Shown: piece after piece, positions 30,649 through 43,009 of the stretch
Numbering within the stretch: the stretch's first letter is position 1
Layout: every line of letters begins with the position of its first letter
Origin: Bigelowiella natans CCMP2755
Taxonomy: Eukaryota > Protista > Cercozoa
Reading direction: 5' to 3'
NCBI GenBank assembly: GCA_000320545.1
Contig: ADNK01003286.1
Location: 59,867 to 123,866, forward strand
Length of the DNA stretch: 64,000 nucleotides
Notes under the pieces: model-generated
What the model saw: the letters and a program-made list of their open reading frames with translations, nothing else
Databases searched by the model: none
What the model was told of the DNA's origin: nothing
Program-made: the position numbers and the translations under genes

Positions 30649-31044
30649 ACGGATGTAATGTACATGTTAATTTTTTCAATTGTCATTCTTATCTAGTAAT
30701 GTAGCTTTATTGCAAAGCAGCGGCTACACAATATCTAGAATATATGCCCAACTAGCCAACGCATGCTTTATAAGCATGTAACAAAGTAGCCAAAAAATCT
30801 ACGTATCATTACTACAGCTATTATGCATATGCTAGCTATGTGATGACGTTGCTGTCGAACGGCAAGCTTCCTCTAGCTAGCTAGTCCTGTCTAGGCTGTG
30901 TGTGTCTAGATGACTTATAGCACATCTAGACATAGACATGCATGAGACGGATGTAATGATTACTTTAAATCTGATCAACAGTGCTCGTGCTCATCCTAAT
31001 AGTGTGTATAGCTATGCAATACGGCGGCTACAGCGCTTAAGTTG
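30649..31044 (-). mobile_element. Two degenerate 3'-terminal LINE fragments (30649-30729, 30941-31044)
   Basis: Both carry acggatgtaatg...(c)ggctaca, matching 13674-13755. Confidence 0.7.
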
Positions 31045-31567
31045 TCCACACACATCTAGACATGCAGCCTTCGCTGCACGTAGCCGCAGCTTTGCAAAGT
31101 TCGCGACACACAGATGCATAGTTGCAAGGCTGTGCAGGCCTGCATTTGCTCTGGCTCGTCTAGTCGTCTAACTAGTAAATATGAGAGTGGCTGCCTTATT
31201 GTATGTTTTGCATAATACATAGGGTGTCCCTTATAGCCAGGAGAGCTTATTAGCTGGACGACGATTCATCGCTACATTGCCCGCTTTTACACAGAGATAT
31301 CATGTTGCAGCTGGATTTCACCCTATTCTATGAGTCGCAATAATGTATTGCTGACAAGTACATGATGAGATACAATTTTTCGCTCAAACCATCTTCGTAG
31401 TTCTACAGTCCGTGCAGTCTATTATTGTATTCGAGCGTTTCACGCAAACACTGCTGCATATTAATTTAGGAAGCACTTTCCTGGCTTTACCCACTTTAGC
31501 ATTGCCCTTTTTTTCTCCTGAAGGAGTATCTTTCTTTCTACCTTTGCCCCTTATACTTGGGCGACTT

Positions 31568-33046
31568 TTACTTGGTCGTCGTTGCCTTTGAAGCCAGGTT
31601 GGTGGAGACGCTAAGTTGCTTCACGTGCTCTTCTTGTTGTTCGTGTATCCTTTCCCTGGCAGTAGCTAGAAGTGCTTTCAGCCTCTCAATCTCGCGCTTC
31701 TTCGCAATCACAGCAGATTCTTTCTCTGCCAGCTCCTTGGCAACAGTCTTTTTGCTCTCCCATACAAGCTTACAGGTTTCTACCATTGCATCGATCTTCT
31801 TCTTCTCTCGCAACCCTTCCCCATTTCCAGCCTTATGCTCGTTAAGCTGACCTTGAACTTCTTCGCATTCCTTTTGCAGATGCTTTTGTTTTTTACGGAG
31901 TCGGTTCGTGGTTGCTTCTAGGGTACGTTTTCCTAGCTTATATACGCGCACCTCAGCCGTACTCCTCACAAGTGCCTCTTCTGCAACAATCGCTCGTTTT
32001 TCAGTCACGGATAGAATCGTCTGCCAGCTGTCGTGTTGTTCATTCAGCTGCTCAATCTCATGTTTTCGTCTCTCTTCTTCTTCTTTTAATCGGCGCACAT
32101 GATCCTGCAAAAGACGCAGCTTGTCCTTCTGCTCATCAGCTTGACGTGCAAGCTCATGGTCCTTCTCCTTCAATCCAGTGTTTAACTTGGCTTGCTTCAT
32201 TCGATCTTCAGTCAGGGTTTGTATCTCTCGCCGTCGCCGCTCAAGTTCCTGGTGAGTTTTTTTCTTTTTGTCAATCGTATCCTTGAGCTTTATCTTGAAT
32301 GTCTCGTACTGTTTGGCAGAAGAACGCGCATACTCGACAAGCTGTTGTGTTAGCATACCAGCTTGGGTCGGATTAGGTCCACTCTGCTTTGTAAGGAGTT
32401 CGTGCATCATAGTGCGCTGACGAGTAGCACCCTTTAATCTGTGACGAATTTCATTACAATGGTCGTTGCGCTCTTGGATTTCTTGCTTTAATCTTGGCAC
32501 CTCGTCCGGAGTACCAAAGACTTCATTCGAGAGCTTTGTCTCATGATGAAGTTGTTCTCGAATCTCGCGGATCGATTTGTCGTAACCCTCGCGATTATGC
32601 TTGGAAGACTTTATGCTCTGTGTGTAGTCTTCTTTGAGACTTTGGTAATTTTCCTTGAGCGACTTTTGCTCCTCTTCTGCAGTCTCGATTTCGCACTCGG
32701 TTCTCCCAATCGCATCACGGTGTCGCCTAATCTCACTGCGGATGCGGTCCAGGTTCTCCTGCTGGCTCTCCAATTTAACCATGAGTGAGTTAAGCTTGCG
32801 CTTTGCACTCTTAATCTCGCTTTCTCGTGCCGCCCTAAGTTCTTTCTTCTTTGCTGGGGTGAGTTTCTTCAAAGAGCCTGCAGGGGTAGAGCCGTCTTTA
32901 GAGGACGACTCAAGGTTTCGTATTGCTTCGGTCAGCCTGTAGACATCATCACCGATCTCTGCCTTCCCTAAAGGATAAAGCCCATTAATATTCTCGGGGA
33001 ACCACACCCGGCGGGGCCTTTTTACGTTGAGGAACACGTCCGTCAT
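31568..33046 (-). CDS. Intronless long coiled-coil protein of unknown function
   Basis: ORF of ~490 aa, E/K/R/Q/L heptad-rich; first ATG at 33046. Confidence 0.8.
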   Translation of the reverse strand: MTDVFLNVKRPRRVWFPENINGLYPLGKAEIGDDVYRLTEAIRNLESSSKDGSTPAGSLKKLTPAKKKELRAARESEIKSAKRKLNSLMVKLESQQENLDRIRSEIRRHRDAIGRTECEIETAEEEQKSLKENYQSLKEDYTQSIKSSKHNREGYDKSIREIREQLHHETKLSNEVFGTPDEVPRLKQEIQERNDHCNEIRHRLKGATRQRTMMHELLTKQSGPNPTQAGMLTQQLVEYARSSAKQYETFKIKLKDTIDKKKKTHQELERRRREIQTLTEDRMKQAKLNTGLKEKDHELARQADEQKDKLRLLQDHVRRLKEEEERRKHEIEQLNEQHDSWQTILSVTEKRAIVAEEALVRSTAEVRVYKLGKRTLEATTNRLRKKQKHLQKECEEVQGQLNEHKAGNGEGLREKKKIDAMVETCKLVWESKKTVAKELAEKESAVIAKKREIERLKALLATARERIHEQQEEHVKQLSVSTNLASKATTTK

Positions 33047-34194
33047 AGCTTTGGAGGATGACAAGTATTGGGATACTTTTTGTTTAGAGAAAGTCGCAGG
33101 CGAACTTTGTTCTTAGTTCCTTTCGCCAAGGCTACAGACGTATAGCCCAAGAATCTGTTCGTTGCAGACCCTGGATAACAAGTGTAGAGGGGGTGGGGAG
33201 CTCGAGCCAGAGTGAGCCAAGTGTGTTATTTGGGATGTTCAGACTTAGATGTCTCCAAGAGGGAGCGCACGATATTTTATACAGAGCATTTATCAAGTAA
33301 TATACATTTTGGTGCAACAATTTTATATTTATACACTATATTTTTGATACCGGCTAAAACAATTAGGTATTTTATAATCTGTCTCTGCCCCGGTTTTGGA
33401 TTCTGAGCACGCGGGGAGTCGTCTTATTTGCTTTTCTAAACTTATGTACGACAGCAAATTCTCACATTTTCTTCCCATAATGTAAGCCATTTAGAGTGTC
33501 ATTTCGAAGTGACCCCGTGTTGCATGCGAAGATTCGTTCAAGTTTATGAAAACGTAATTCAAGTCGCGATGTGATTTTGCTGGTCATTCAGGGCTCTGTA
33601 AAGAGGGGTTGTATTAGAAAGCAGCTACTCATTTTAAAGATAGAATCTTTTCTGTTATTATAGTCTCTATTTGCCTACAGCATCTTGGTTAAGTGAAGTC
33701 GTTATTTAAGAATAGCATATTAGAAAAGAGAAAACTACTTTTGTTGTACGTATTTGTAAATCTTAGAATAAAACTTGTGAGGGATGGCTTATGGTGTTTT
33801 GGGCCTGGATTTGATAGAATGCAAAATTTACAGGAGATATTTCTCCTGACATCAATTGATCTTAATAGACCGAGAAAGAAATGTATTGACGCATATGAAA
33901 AACTCCAGGGCTTTAACTTCAGATTTGGTCTAATTGATGTAATAACATTTAATTTTGTATTGCGACATACAAACATTAAAATTAATCGAGTAAATGCTCA
34001 CCAAATCTGAAAGACAGCCCTATTGTAACCGTCACCCCTCCCTCCCCCTCATTCACAACCTTTGAACGGAAAAAAATCAAGGACAAGACTCTTTTACATT
34101 CCCGAATGAATCTTAGTCGGATTAGTAGTTTTTGGACATTAACTTTTTGCTTTAAATGGACTTACTGATAGCTGTATGATGCTTCAACAGAACA

Positions 34195-35482
34195 ATGGCT
34201 TTTGTGCGGGAAAGAGGTCGTGGTGAGTTCCAGTCGTCAGGAGAGCGCCTGAGGAAAGCATCAAAGGATGGTGACCACACCAGTATTGCACCTATCATCA
34301 CTGCTGGGGCAAATATTGAGAGTGCCGATTCGGTAAAATACCTTCCTTTGTGAAGATGGCGGTGATAGCAAAAAAATTCTCCGAAAACAGCAGAATTACA
34401 CAGAGCATTGTCAGTAATAGTCTTGCAGCAAGTTGAAACAATATGATCAACTTGCAATCATCCACCTCTGATGACTTCACTTCATTCTTCTCTTTCCTTC
34501 GTCTTTATTTTCCTCATTTTCTTCATTTTCTTCTTGCCATTGTGTGTTCATTTTTCTCTTCGTTTTCTCCACTTTTTCCTTCCTACCATGTTTTCCTTTT
34601 GCTTCTTCTCCCCCCCTCCTCTCCTGCTTCTCCTCCTCCCCCCCCTCCTTCTACTCCCTCTTCTTCTTCATCATCATCTTCTTCTTCTTCCTTTCCTTCC
34701 TTTCCTTCCTTTTCTTATTTTTCTTATTTTTCTTCGTTTCCCCCCCCTTTCCTTCTCATTGGTTTGTCTGCGTTCTCTTCTTCATTGTGGTTGATGGTGG
34801 TACTGTGTTTTGTATTCGATCCTTCCTCACCGGATGTTCTACCCCATGCAGTACGGCAATACAGCTCTCATCCTTGCCGCGGAGGGATCCCATGAAAAAT
34901 GTGTTGAGGAATTGCTCAAGCTCAAAGCGCGTATCAATGCGAAGGACCAGGTACTATATGTAATATTCCGCCATCATAAACGTCTCGCAGTTTCTCTTCC
35001 TTTCTGTGGCAGCATCCTTCGAATGTGTTCCTTTGTCTTGAAAAGCTTGATACGGCACCGCCAAACCTTGCTATTATTGCCACCTAATCCTCCTCCTCCT
35101 CCTATTCCTAAGTATGGACAAACGGCCCTCTTCCATGCTGCTGGAAGTGGAGATGCAAAGATCTGCGACCTGCTACTGAAACATGGAGCGAGTACCAATA
35201 TTCAGACAAAGGTAGTGTGAGGATGTGATGGTGATAATGAACAATGCATGATTATGATGATGATGATGATGATGAACAACTCTATGTATTGCATTCAAAA
35301 CATTAAATTTATGTATATTTGATATCATCATGTGCATTCTGAAAACATTACTAATGTCCTCCTCCTTACACCCCCCAAAAATTCTCTGCTCTCCTCATCG
35401 GCAAATATATATCTCTCTCTCCCGAATAATAATAACAACAATGATAGCCCATCATCATAGACCCCCCCCCCTCGTCTCCCTC

Positions 35483-35527
<45 letters not shown>

Positions 35528-36691
35528 GTGTGTGTTCCTTACTGATGGTATTGTCTATTGTGACATTTTTTTTGTACGTAGTACGGGCAATCAACGTTGA
35601 TGAAGGCAGCTTATCTGATTCATCACCATACGCACTACAATATCGAGAATCTTATCGAGAAAAAGGCTGACCTCAATCTCAAAGACGATGTTGGTTAATC
35701 ATATAATAATAATATGCGATTTTTCTTATTCATGATACATTTACGGCTTGGTCCCACCTTCCTCCCCCGTTTCCTTCTCCTCTTCCTCTCTCTCCCCCCT
35801 CTTCCTATTATTATTCTTCTCTTTTGATTCTTGATAAACTATATAAACAGAAAGGAAGGACCTGCCTCATGATTGCGTCTGAGATTAATAAGTACAAATC
35901 TGCCATGGCAATGCTAGCAGCAGGGGCAAAAGTAAACGACGCGGATAAGGTGGGGATTTCGATGATGATGGCGACGATGTGGATGCTCTTGTATATAGTA
36001 TCGATCATTTCTGTTGATGTACTCGCTTTTGCAATAATTTTGTCGCCTTCTTAAGATGAAATTACTAATATGCATGGCTGAAAGTCATCATTATCATCAT
36101 CATCATCATCGCCTTCATAATCATTTTTTTTTGGTTTGTTTGTATAATTGTTCAGGAGGGCACGACAGCGTTAATGATAGCTGCAAAGCATGGGAACTAC
36201 GATATCGTTGGTATATAATAAATTCAATACCATACCTGTGCGTGTGTGTTGGGAGGGGAGGGGGAGGAGAGAGCGAAAACGGCGCTTTAGTTTTGAGGAA
36301 ATCGATTTTTTGATAAAGAAATGTGAGGGAGTGAATAATGAATTAGTAGTACTATTACATACAGCTCCTCTCTCCTCTCTTGATGGTGGACTTCTTCTCT
36401 CCTCTTCTCATTCTGTACATGTTCATCTCTCTCCTCCTCCTCCTCCTCCTCCTCCTCCTCCTCCTTCTCGTCTAATAGAGGCCCTAGTTGGAAAGGGGGC
36501 TGATATCACTGCAAAGAATGACCAAGGATGCACGGTAGTAGTAGTAGTAGTAGTAGTAGTAGTATGTAGCAGCATGAGAAGAGAAGCAGGAAGAGTGCGT
36601 ATTATTGTCTCATCCTAAGATAACCTTTCAAATGGGTAAGACGTGCATTACATATAGGATGATATGAGTTATATCTGTCTGTTGTTGTTAC

Positions 36692-36730
<39 letters not shown>

Positions 36731-37289
36731 CATGCAGGTCGAAAGCATCACGACAAAGTTATCCGAGGCAAATATTGACGATTCCAACCATAAAGATATG
36801 TTAGGAAAGGCCATTAAATCGGTAATAATAGCAACACTAGTAATCATATCTCTTATATGCTCTAACGAATACATTATTTTAAACAATCAAACAACCAACC
36901 AACCACTGAAAATGATGATGCGGTCTCTTCATTCCCACAAGATAAGATAAAAACGATGATAATGAAAATAATAATAATAATAATAAGATTGCCTACTCAC
37001 AGATGATGATGATGTTGTCTCTTTCATTTTGATATTGTTTGGATAGCGTAGTAACAGATGTTGTTGTTTATGATCCTTCGGCCTCCCTCAGGGTAAAGAA
37101 ATCAAGGAAGGAAAGAAGAAATTCACGATGAGGGAGGAGAGAATCAAAGCTAAAGAAGAGGCAGAGGCGAAAGCAAGGGCTGCCAACTTGAATCGCTTGA
37201 AGAATCTGCACGAAGAACGCCAGCTTGAGAAGAAAAAGATCGCTGACAAGGCAAAGAAATCAGCAGCCGCAAAGCCTACAGAAAAGTAA
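34195..37289 (+). CDS. Ankyrin-repeat protein (~6 repeats) with a basic coiled-coil tail
   Basis: Exons YGNTALILAA..., YGQTALFHAA..., YGQSTLMKAA..., KGRTCLMIAS..., EGTTALMIAAKHG|EALVGKGADITAKNDQG; last exon ends KPTEK*. Confidence 0.92.
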
Positions 37290-38358
37290 ACGGGGAGGAG
37301 GGTGGTTGGCAGCTGTTATCATCCACGGTGTGGGGCCATCTTGATTCCTATCGAATCTGCCCTGCCACCATGGAGAAGAAGGCATATAAATCATCTCACT
37401 ATTAAGTAAACACGCGCGTGCACACACACACACACACAAACACCCTACATTTTGGATCAATTCTACTTTTTGAACAATTGGACGACTAGATAAGCTCTTG
37501 TAGCTTCCTTCTTTGGTAGTAGGCTGTTCTAGCAATTCCTCTCGTCTTTGCGTACTAGTAGTATGAACGACATTGAGTAGTCTATTGCAAGGATATTGAA
37601 GGTACTAGTCGATTTTATGCGATTAGTCATCTTCTCTCTCTAGGAGCAGCTAGCTGGTACATACGTCATTATTATCATAAATTCATCTTGATATTAATAA
37701 TAAGATCACCACTGCTGCAAGTCGTTTGCTTTCATGATTAAGAATGCGCACCGTCGCATACTATGAGTTCCTAGTGTAGTCAATGAACTTTGATGTGTAT
37801 GTGACATGCAAGCTAGCATGCCGAACATCACTGCGGCAATGAAGCGCTAAGCGTCGTGCATGAGGCTACGGACGAAGTCCTCGCGATCGATGACGCGAAT
37901 GTGATGCATGAGTTGTAGTAGCATGATCGATGCTAGGATATGGTCTAAGCTAGAACGTAATATCATCGTAGTCATCGCAGGGCTGCACAGCAGCCATATT
38001 AGCATATGCGCACTCATAGGTACGAGATGCATACATCGACGCTACTAAGCTGTATAAGAGTCACACGCACCATATGTAGCCTTTGTTTACACATCTAATT
38101 ATATTTATCCGAAGCATATAGGACTTAATGTTACTAAAATTATTATAAGACAGAGAACATTATCATCGTTAGCATTGAGCATTGGCGGAAGATGAACTCC
38201 CGACTAAGTGCTAAGTGCAGCAACTCTCACACAAATATATCGATCTAGATATGTCGCGCATTGCCCGTAAAAAGATTGGCTACTGCTGCCCTCGGTCTGC
38301 TTCGGACTACTGCTTCGGTAGATAACAGACGCCTCTCACTATCTAGATTATGGCGTGC

Positions 38359-41300
38359 TTAAGAAACAAGACACCCATCATTGTTTTGTTCTTGCTGCTG
38401 CTGTCGCCTTTGTTGTTCAAGAAGAGCTTGTTGTCTCCGTGCTAGCTGTGGAGGAATAGCACCCGACACAACGGGGTTAGGGTACTGACAGTCCGGCAAA
38501 GCACACCGAATAGTGCCACGACGATTTAGCACTCGGCATTGCGGGCATATCCAAGCAGGAATCGACGCGAGTTGAAGTTGCTGCATCAACGATGGGTCGA
38601 TACCTGTAATAATGATAATAATGATAATAATAATAATTAATAATAATACATGACGAGCATGCTATCTCTCACCTTGTTATGCTTTTATCAGCTCTCTCAT
38701 TGCACTACTAATTTATCATCGACGAAATAACAACTACTACTACTACTACTACTACTACTAGTACTTACTCATGAGTGCAGCAGTTGCAGAGTCCATTCCC
38801 CCCGATCCTATCAGCTGCTGTGGTGTCTCCGAATCGTTCAAAGATGAGGGGGGGGGGAGGGCTGCTGCCCCTGGGAAAAATCTTGGATCAGGCTGATAGT
38901 TCGGATTGGTCCTTCTACAAACTTGGCACCGATCAGGTATGATGTTGTTACGGTATGTGCATGATGGACAATCCCACGCATCGTCGCCGAGACGACGTAC
39001 ACGTTTCTTTGGAGAACCTCCTCCTCCTCCTCCTCCTTCGATTTTGGTATCATTATCATCATCCTTGAATTTGCTATTCTTCTCCTCAGTAGTAGTAGCA
39101 TTAAGAGACGACGAAGATGGTAAAGAGCTTTGGGAGGACGATGACCTCTGTGCCGATTGCTGTGAAGACTTTCTTTCTCCTTCTCCTCTAAGACGACTAG
39201 TGCCGCTACTGCTGCTACTGCTACTAGGGGGGGGGTGTTGATTTGCAGAATATGTTTTGGTTGATGCTGCTGCTGCTATGAGAGAATCTTTTTCTTCTGA
39301 AGTAGGTCGCAGAGTGCTGTTTGACACCATAGAAGGACGGCGAGCAAATGCATGCTTCCTAGCGATGTTTGAGGTAGTTTGTGTAACGTAGCGAGTGGTT
39401 CTGATTTGCCATGAAAAATAATAATAATAAGAAGAAGAAGAAGAAGAAGAGAGTTAGAGGGGTAGGAGGAGAGGAGATGAGCATTCATTTCTCGAGGAGT
39501 AGTGTGCAGACCCCGAGCGCCCAGAGCCGCCTTTGAACGAATTTTGCTGGTTTTTAGTTCTCTTTTTTATTTCTCTTCGCCTGTTTTTGGAGGGCGGAGG
39601 GGGGGCAGCGTGAGAAAGTAGAGGGTAAACAAGGACAGACAGATGGCATGATGATGATAATGACGGCTGCGAAGTCACAGTTATTGCATCATTTATGATA
39701 TATCGATCGTAGCCGAGGAGGCACATGAAGAAGAACATCAATCAAACATGAATTCTCCCTATTCGTCTCCTTCCATTTTGACAAGCGTATTCAGAAGTAT
39801 CTAGGCATTTGATCAATGAATCAACCAATGATCTTACCACTGAGACTGCAGCTTACAGCGTCCATTCTTTGAAGCCTCGCTGTGAAGGCTCTGTATCAGA
39901 TCTCGAGCCTGAAAGTAGGCACGAAAAAAAAAGATGATTTCCATGTGATGCTGATGGTGACGATGACGATGATGATGATGACAAATTGCCAGAAGCAACA
40001 CAATGCCGTCGCATTTCTTTGAGGACGATATACGGGGGTTGGTATATCTATATCCTCCCTCACCATGAATAATATCGTCGTTTTTGGTTAGTGTGGGTAG
40101 TGTATATGGTTAATTATGCTTTTCTTGACCCTTTGCCAAGCAAGAAGGTCTTTGGGAGAGAAAGTCTTCTGTACGCTGCCCCCCTTCTGATCATCACGCC
40201 AGGTCATCACATCGTAATGATCACCCGTGTAGATGAGGTATGCACGTTTCTTGTATCCCCCCCTGACAACAATCAGATAAAGGCCCTTCATTCACGAATG
40301 ATTCCAAATCAACCGACGATGAGCTTTCTTTATATGTCGTTGTCGTAGTCGTTAGATGCCATAATTTCTTCTCTTCTCTCCCTTCCTTCTCCTCCTCTTG
40401 AGAGAATGAGTATGATTACAATGGTGTGTTGTTATGACTTACCCTTGACCAAAAATGTCCTCCCTTAAGAAGTGGTAGTCAAATGCCGTGATTTCCATCT
40501 CAAAATGACGAGAGAACACCTGGAGCTCTATCCCCCCTCCCTACCATTTTTACCATATAACACGAATGATACAAAAACACACAAAATTAGAGGCTCAATG
40601 AAACACATCAGTTGTTTGAACCAATTCTCCATTGAACGCGCATAAACGACGTGGTAATGATAGAAAAATACGGAAAGGGGGGGAAGAGAATAGAAACAAG
40701 AAAGTTAGTGGGATTTATAAGTAAATTTGGGAAGAGAAGAAGAAGAAGATCCAACACATCATTCGTACAAAAAGGGGGGAGGAGGGGAAAATTAGAAACA
40801 ATGTTCCTCTCAAAATAACAATTAAAAAATCGGAATAACATTAGACGTGAAGAAAACAGCTATAATAGTAATGGCAATAGCAATAACGATACTACTACTA
40901 CTACTACTACTACTACTACCCATTGTTGCGGATCTGTGACTACGTGCACATAGTTTGCAGGAGACATGCCCTGGTGATGATGATGATGATGATGATGATG
41001 ATAACATTAATAGTGGTCATATTGCGATAAGGAAAGAATATCAGGAAAGAGTAGTAGTAGTTGTTGTTGTTGTCGTTGTTGTTGTAGTAGTAGTGCGGTA
41101 TTATGAGAGTGGGAGAGGGGGGGAGGAGGAGGCGAAGGAAGCTTCTGGGAAAAGGAAAAAGAAAGAAGAAAGAAAGAAGAAAGAGAATCAAGGTGTGCGA
41201 GATGTTATCCTTTTATATCCTCCTCCTCCTCCTCCTCCTCCCTCTCTGTTAGTTCTATCTATCATGATGATGATGATGATGATTACTAGAGTTGCTTGGT

Positions 41301-42039
41301 CATATGTTTGAGGATCCGTGCTAATGATCTCCGAGGCCTTGGACAAGCAAGAGACAAAAAATAACGATTCAGCAAAGGATGATCATTATGATGATGATGA
41401 TGATGATCATGATCCAAATATACACCAGCAAACGAGAGAATAAACAAAATTTAATTAGAGAAATTTTGTAGTTAGATTTCCTCGTCCTCCTCCTCCCCCC
41501 CTCCACATCTTTTCCGATTTTTCCTGCCGTAGATGTAAAATTTCTCTTCTTTATATTTCACTACTTATTCCCTACAAGAATTCTCATCGCAGTGGCCTTT
41601 TCGTCGCTTGTACCGTCTAATAATATATCAAATGACGGTTGATGATAGTTTACGTTTATAATGTAAAAAAAAAAAAAATAGGAGTACTTCATTATTCGTC
41701 TTCGCAGCATTCGTGTGAAACAAAAAAATGTGCAGCTAAATCTCTCATCATCACCTACCTTCAGGGCTAGATACGTAAGATATTGAATGAAACAGACACG
41801 AATTGTCCCTTGGCATTTGCTAGTAGTAGAGAGGGGTAGTTTTTGAGCAGGGATGATGAAGTGAAGGGGGAAGGACGGGGGAGTGAATCAATAGAGTGAA
41901 AAATGTTATGAGGAAAGAGGTGCTGCTCGAATAACACCAATGAAAACTTGTACACTCTATATGATATGGAATGGAAAGTAAGGGGGGAGGGCGGGTCAAG
42001 AATCACGCTACTAGACATATTCGTAGGAGACGAAAGACT

Positions 42040-42087
<48 letters not shown>

Positions 42088-42931
42088 CGCACATTATAAT
42101 CCTCACTGCACCCTATATCACGCCACATAAAATCACGGAGAAAGGATTAAAATAGAGAACTTTTCGCTCCATTTTCCCCGTTTTTTTAACTGAAGGGGGG
42201 TATTCCCATCCCTTTCCTTGTTTCACTGACATAACAAATATGACGGTGTTAAAATGGCACGAGTGTCGTAGAGGAAAAGGAAGAAGAAGAAAAAGAAGGG
42301 AAAGAAGATAATGATAAAATGACACTTTAGCTCAATTTCTTTTTCAGTGTAGCCATTAGTATCATAGATACGATTCACCAGTTGCGGTCACAGGCTCTTT
42401 TCGCAAATCTTGAACCCTGAAGGAGTCCCCACTTCGGACCCCATTAGCTTCCAATGAAGACGTCGCCAAGGTCATATTCATTTTCCTATATGTTGGCCTA
42501 AGTCCCCCTACAGCGTGCATCCACATCATATTGGAATGTTTACGTGTTTACGTGCATCGGTGTGTTTTCTATATTATGTGTGCTACAATAATGATCGAAT
42601 GGAACAACCTCCTCGATTTATGATTTCAAGTCCTTGCAAATCAGCGGGAATGCTGAGCCTTGAAGCAATTATGGCCTTTGTATTGAGATGTCTTTGGTCA
42701 ACAGGATATTCACTAAAATGATCTACTCTTCCTTATCCTCACCTGCAAGCCTCGAAGAGTAGTCTTTTGGAGATCAACATTGTTAATTGTCACTCGTTTA
42801 TGCTGTGAAAGGCCCTTGGCCACGACGAGAAGGCGAGCGGTTGCTTTGCTGTCAGAGGGAGAAGAAGCCCTTGGAGCCTGGGAAGGCATTTCTACAAGGC
42901 CTGCTAGCGACGACGCACGAATTGTGGACAT
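38359..42931 (-). CDS. OTU1/YOD1-like deubiquitinase: N-terminal ubiquitin-like region, OTU domain, two RanBP2/NZF-like Zn fingers
   Basis: DNSCLFHSISY (catalytic Cys box, ~41775-41810), DPQTYDQATL, QQW|GGGIELQVFSRHF, YLIYTGDHYD (His box), WDCPSCTYRN...RCQVC and WICPQCRVLN...RCALPDC. Confidence 0.88.
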
Positions 42932-43009
42932 GTTTTAATTCATCAATCTACCGACTGAATTCCATTGTCGCAAGTGTAAAATGGCTTCTATTTAGAATAC
43001 AAATTAAGA

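Noticed and set aside
33689-34010. Overlapping ~100-aa ORFs between divergent genes
   Set aside because: AT-rich, non-ATG starts, no motif; probably promoter, UTR or intron.
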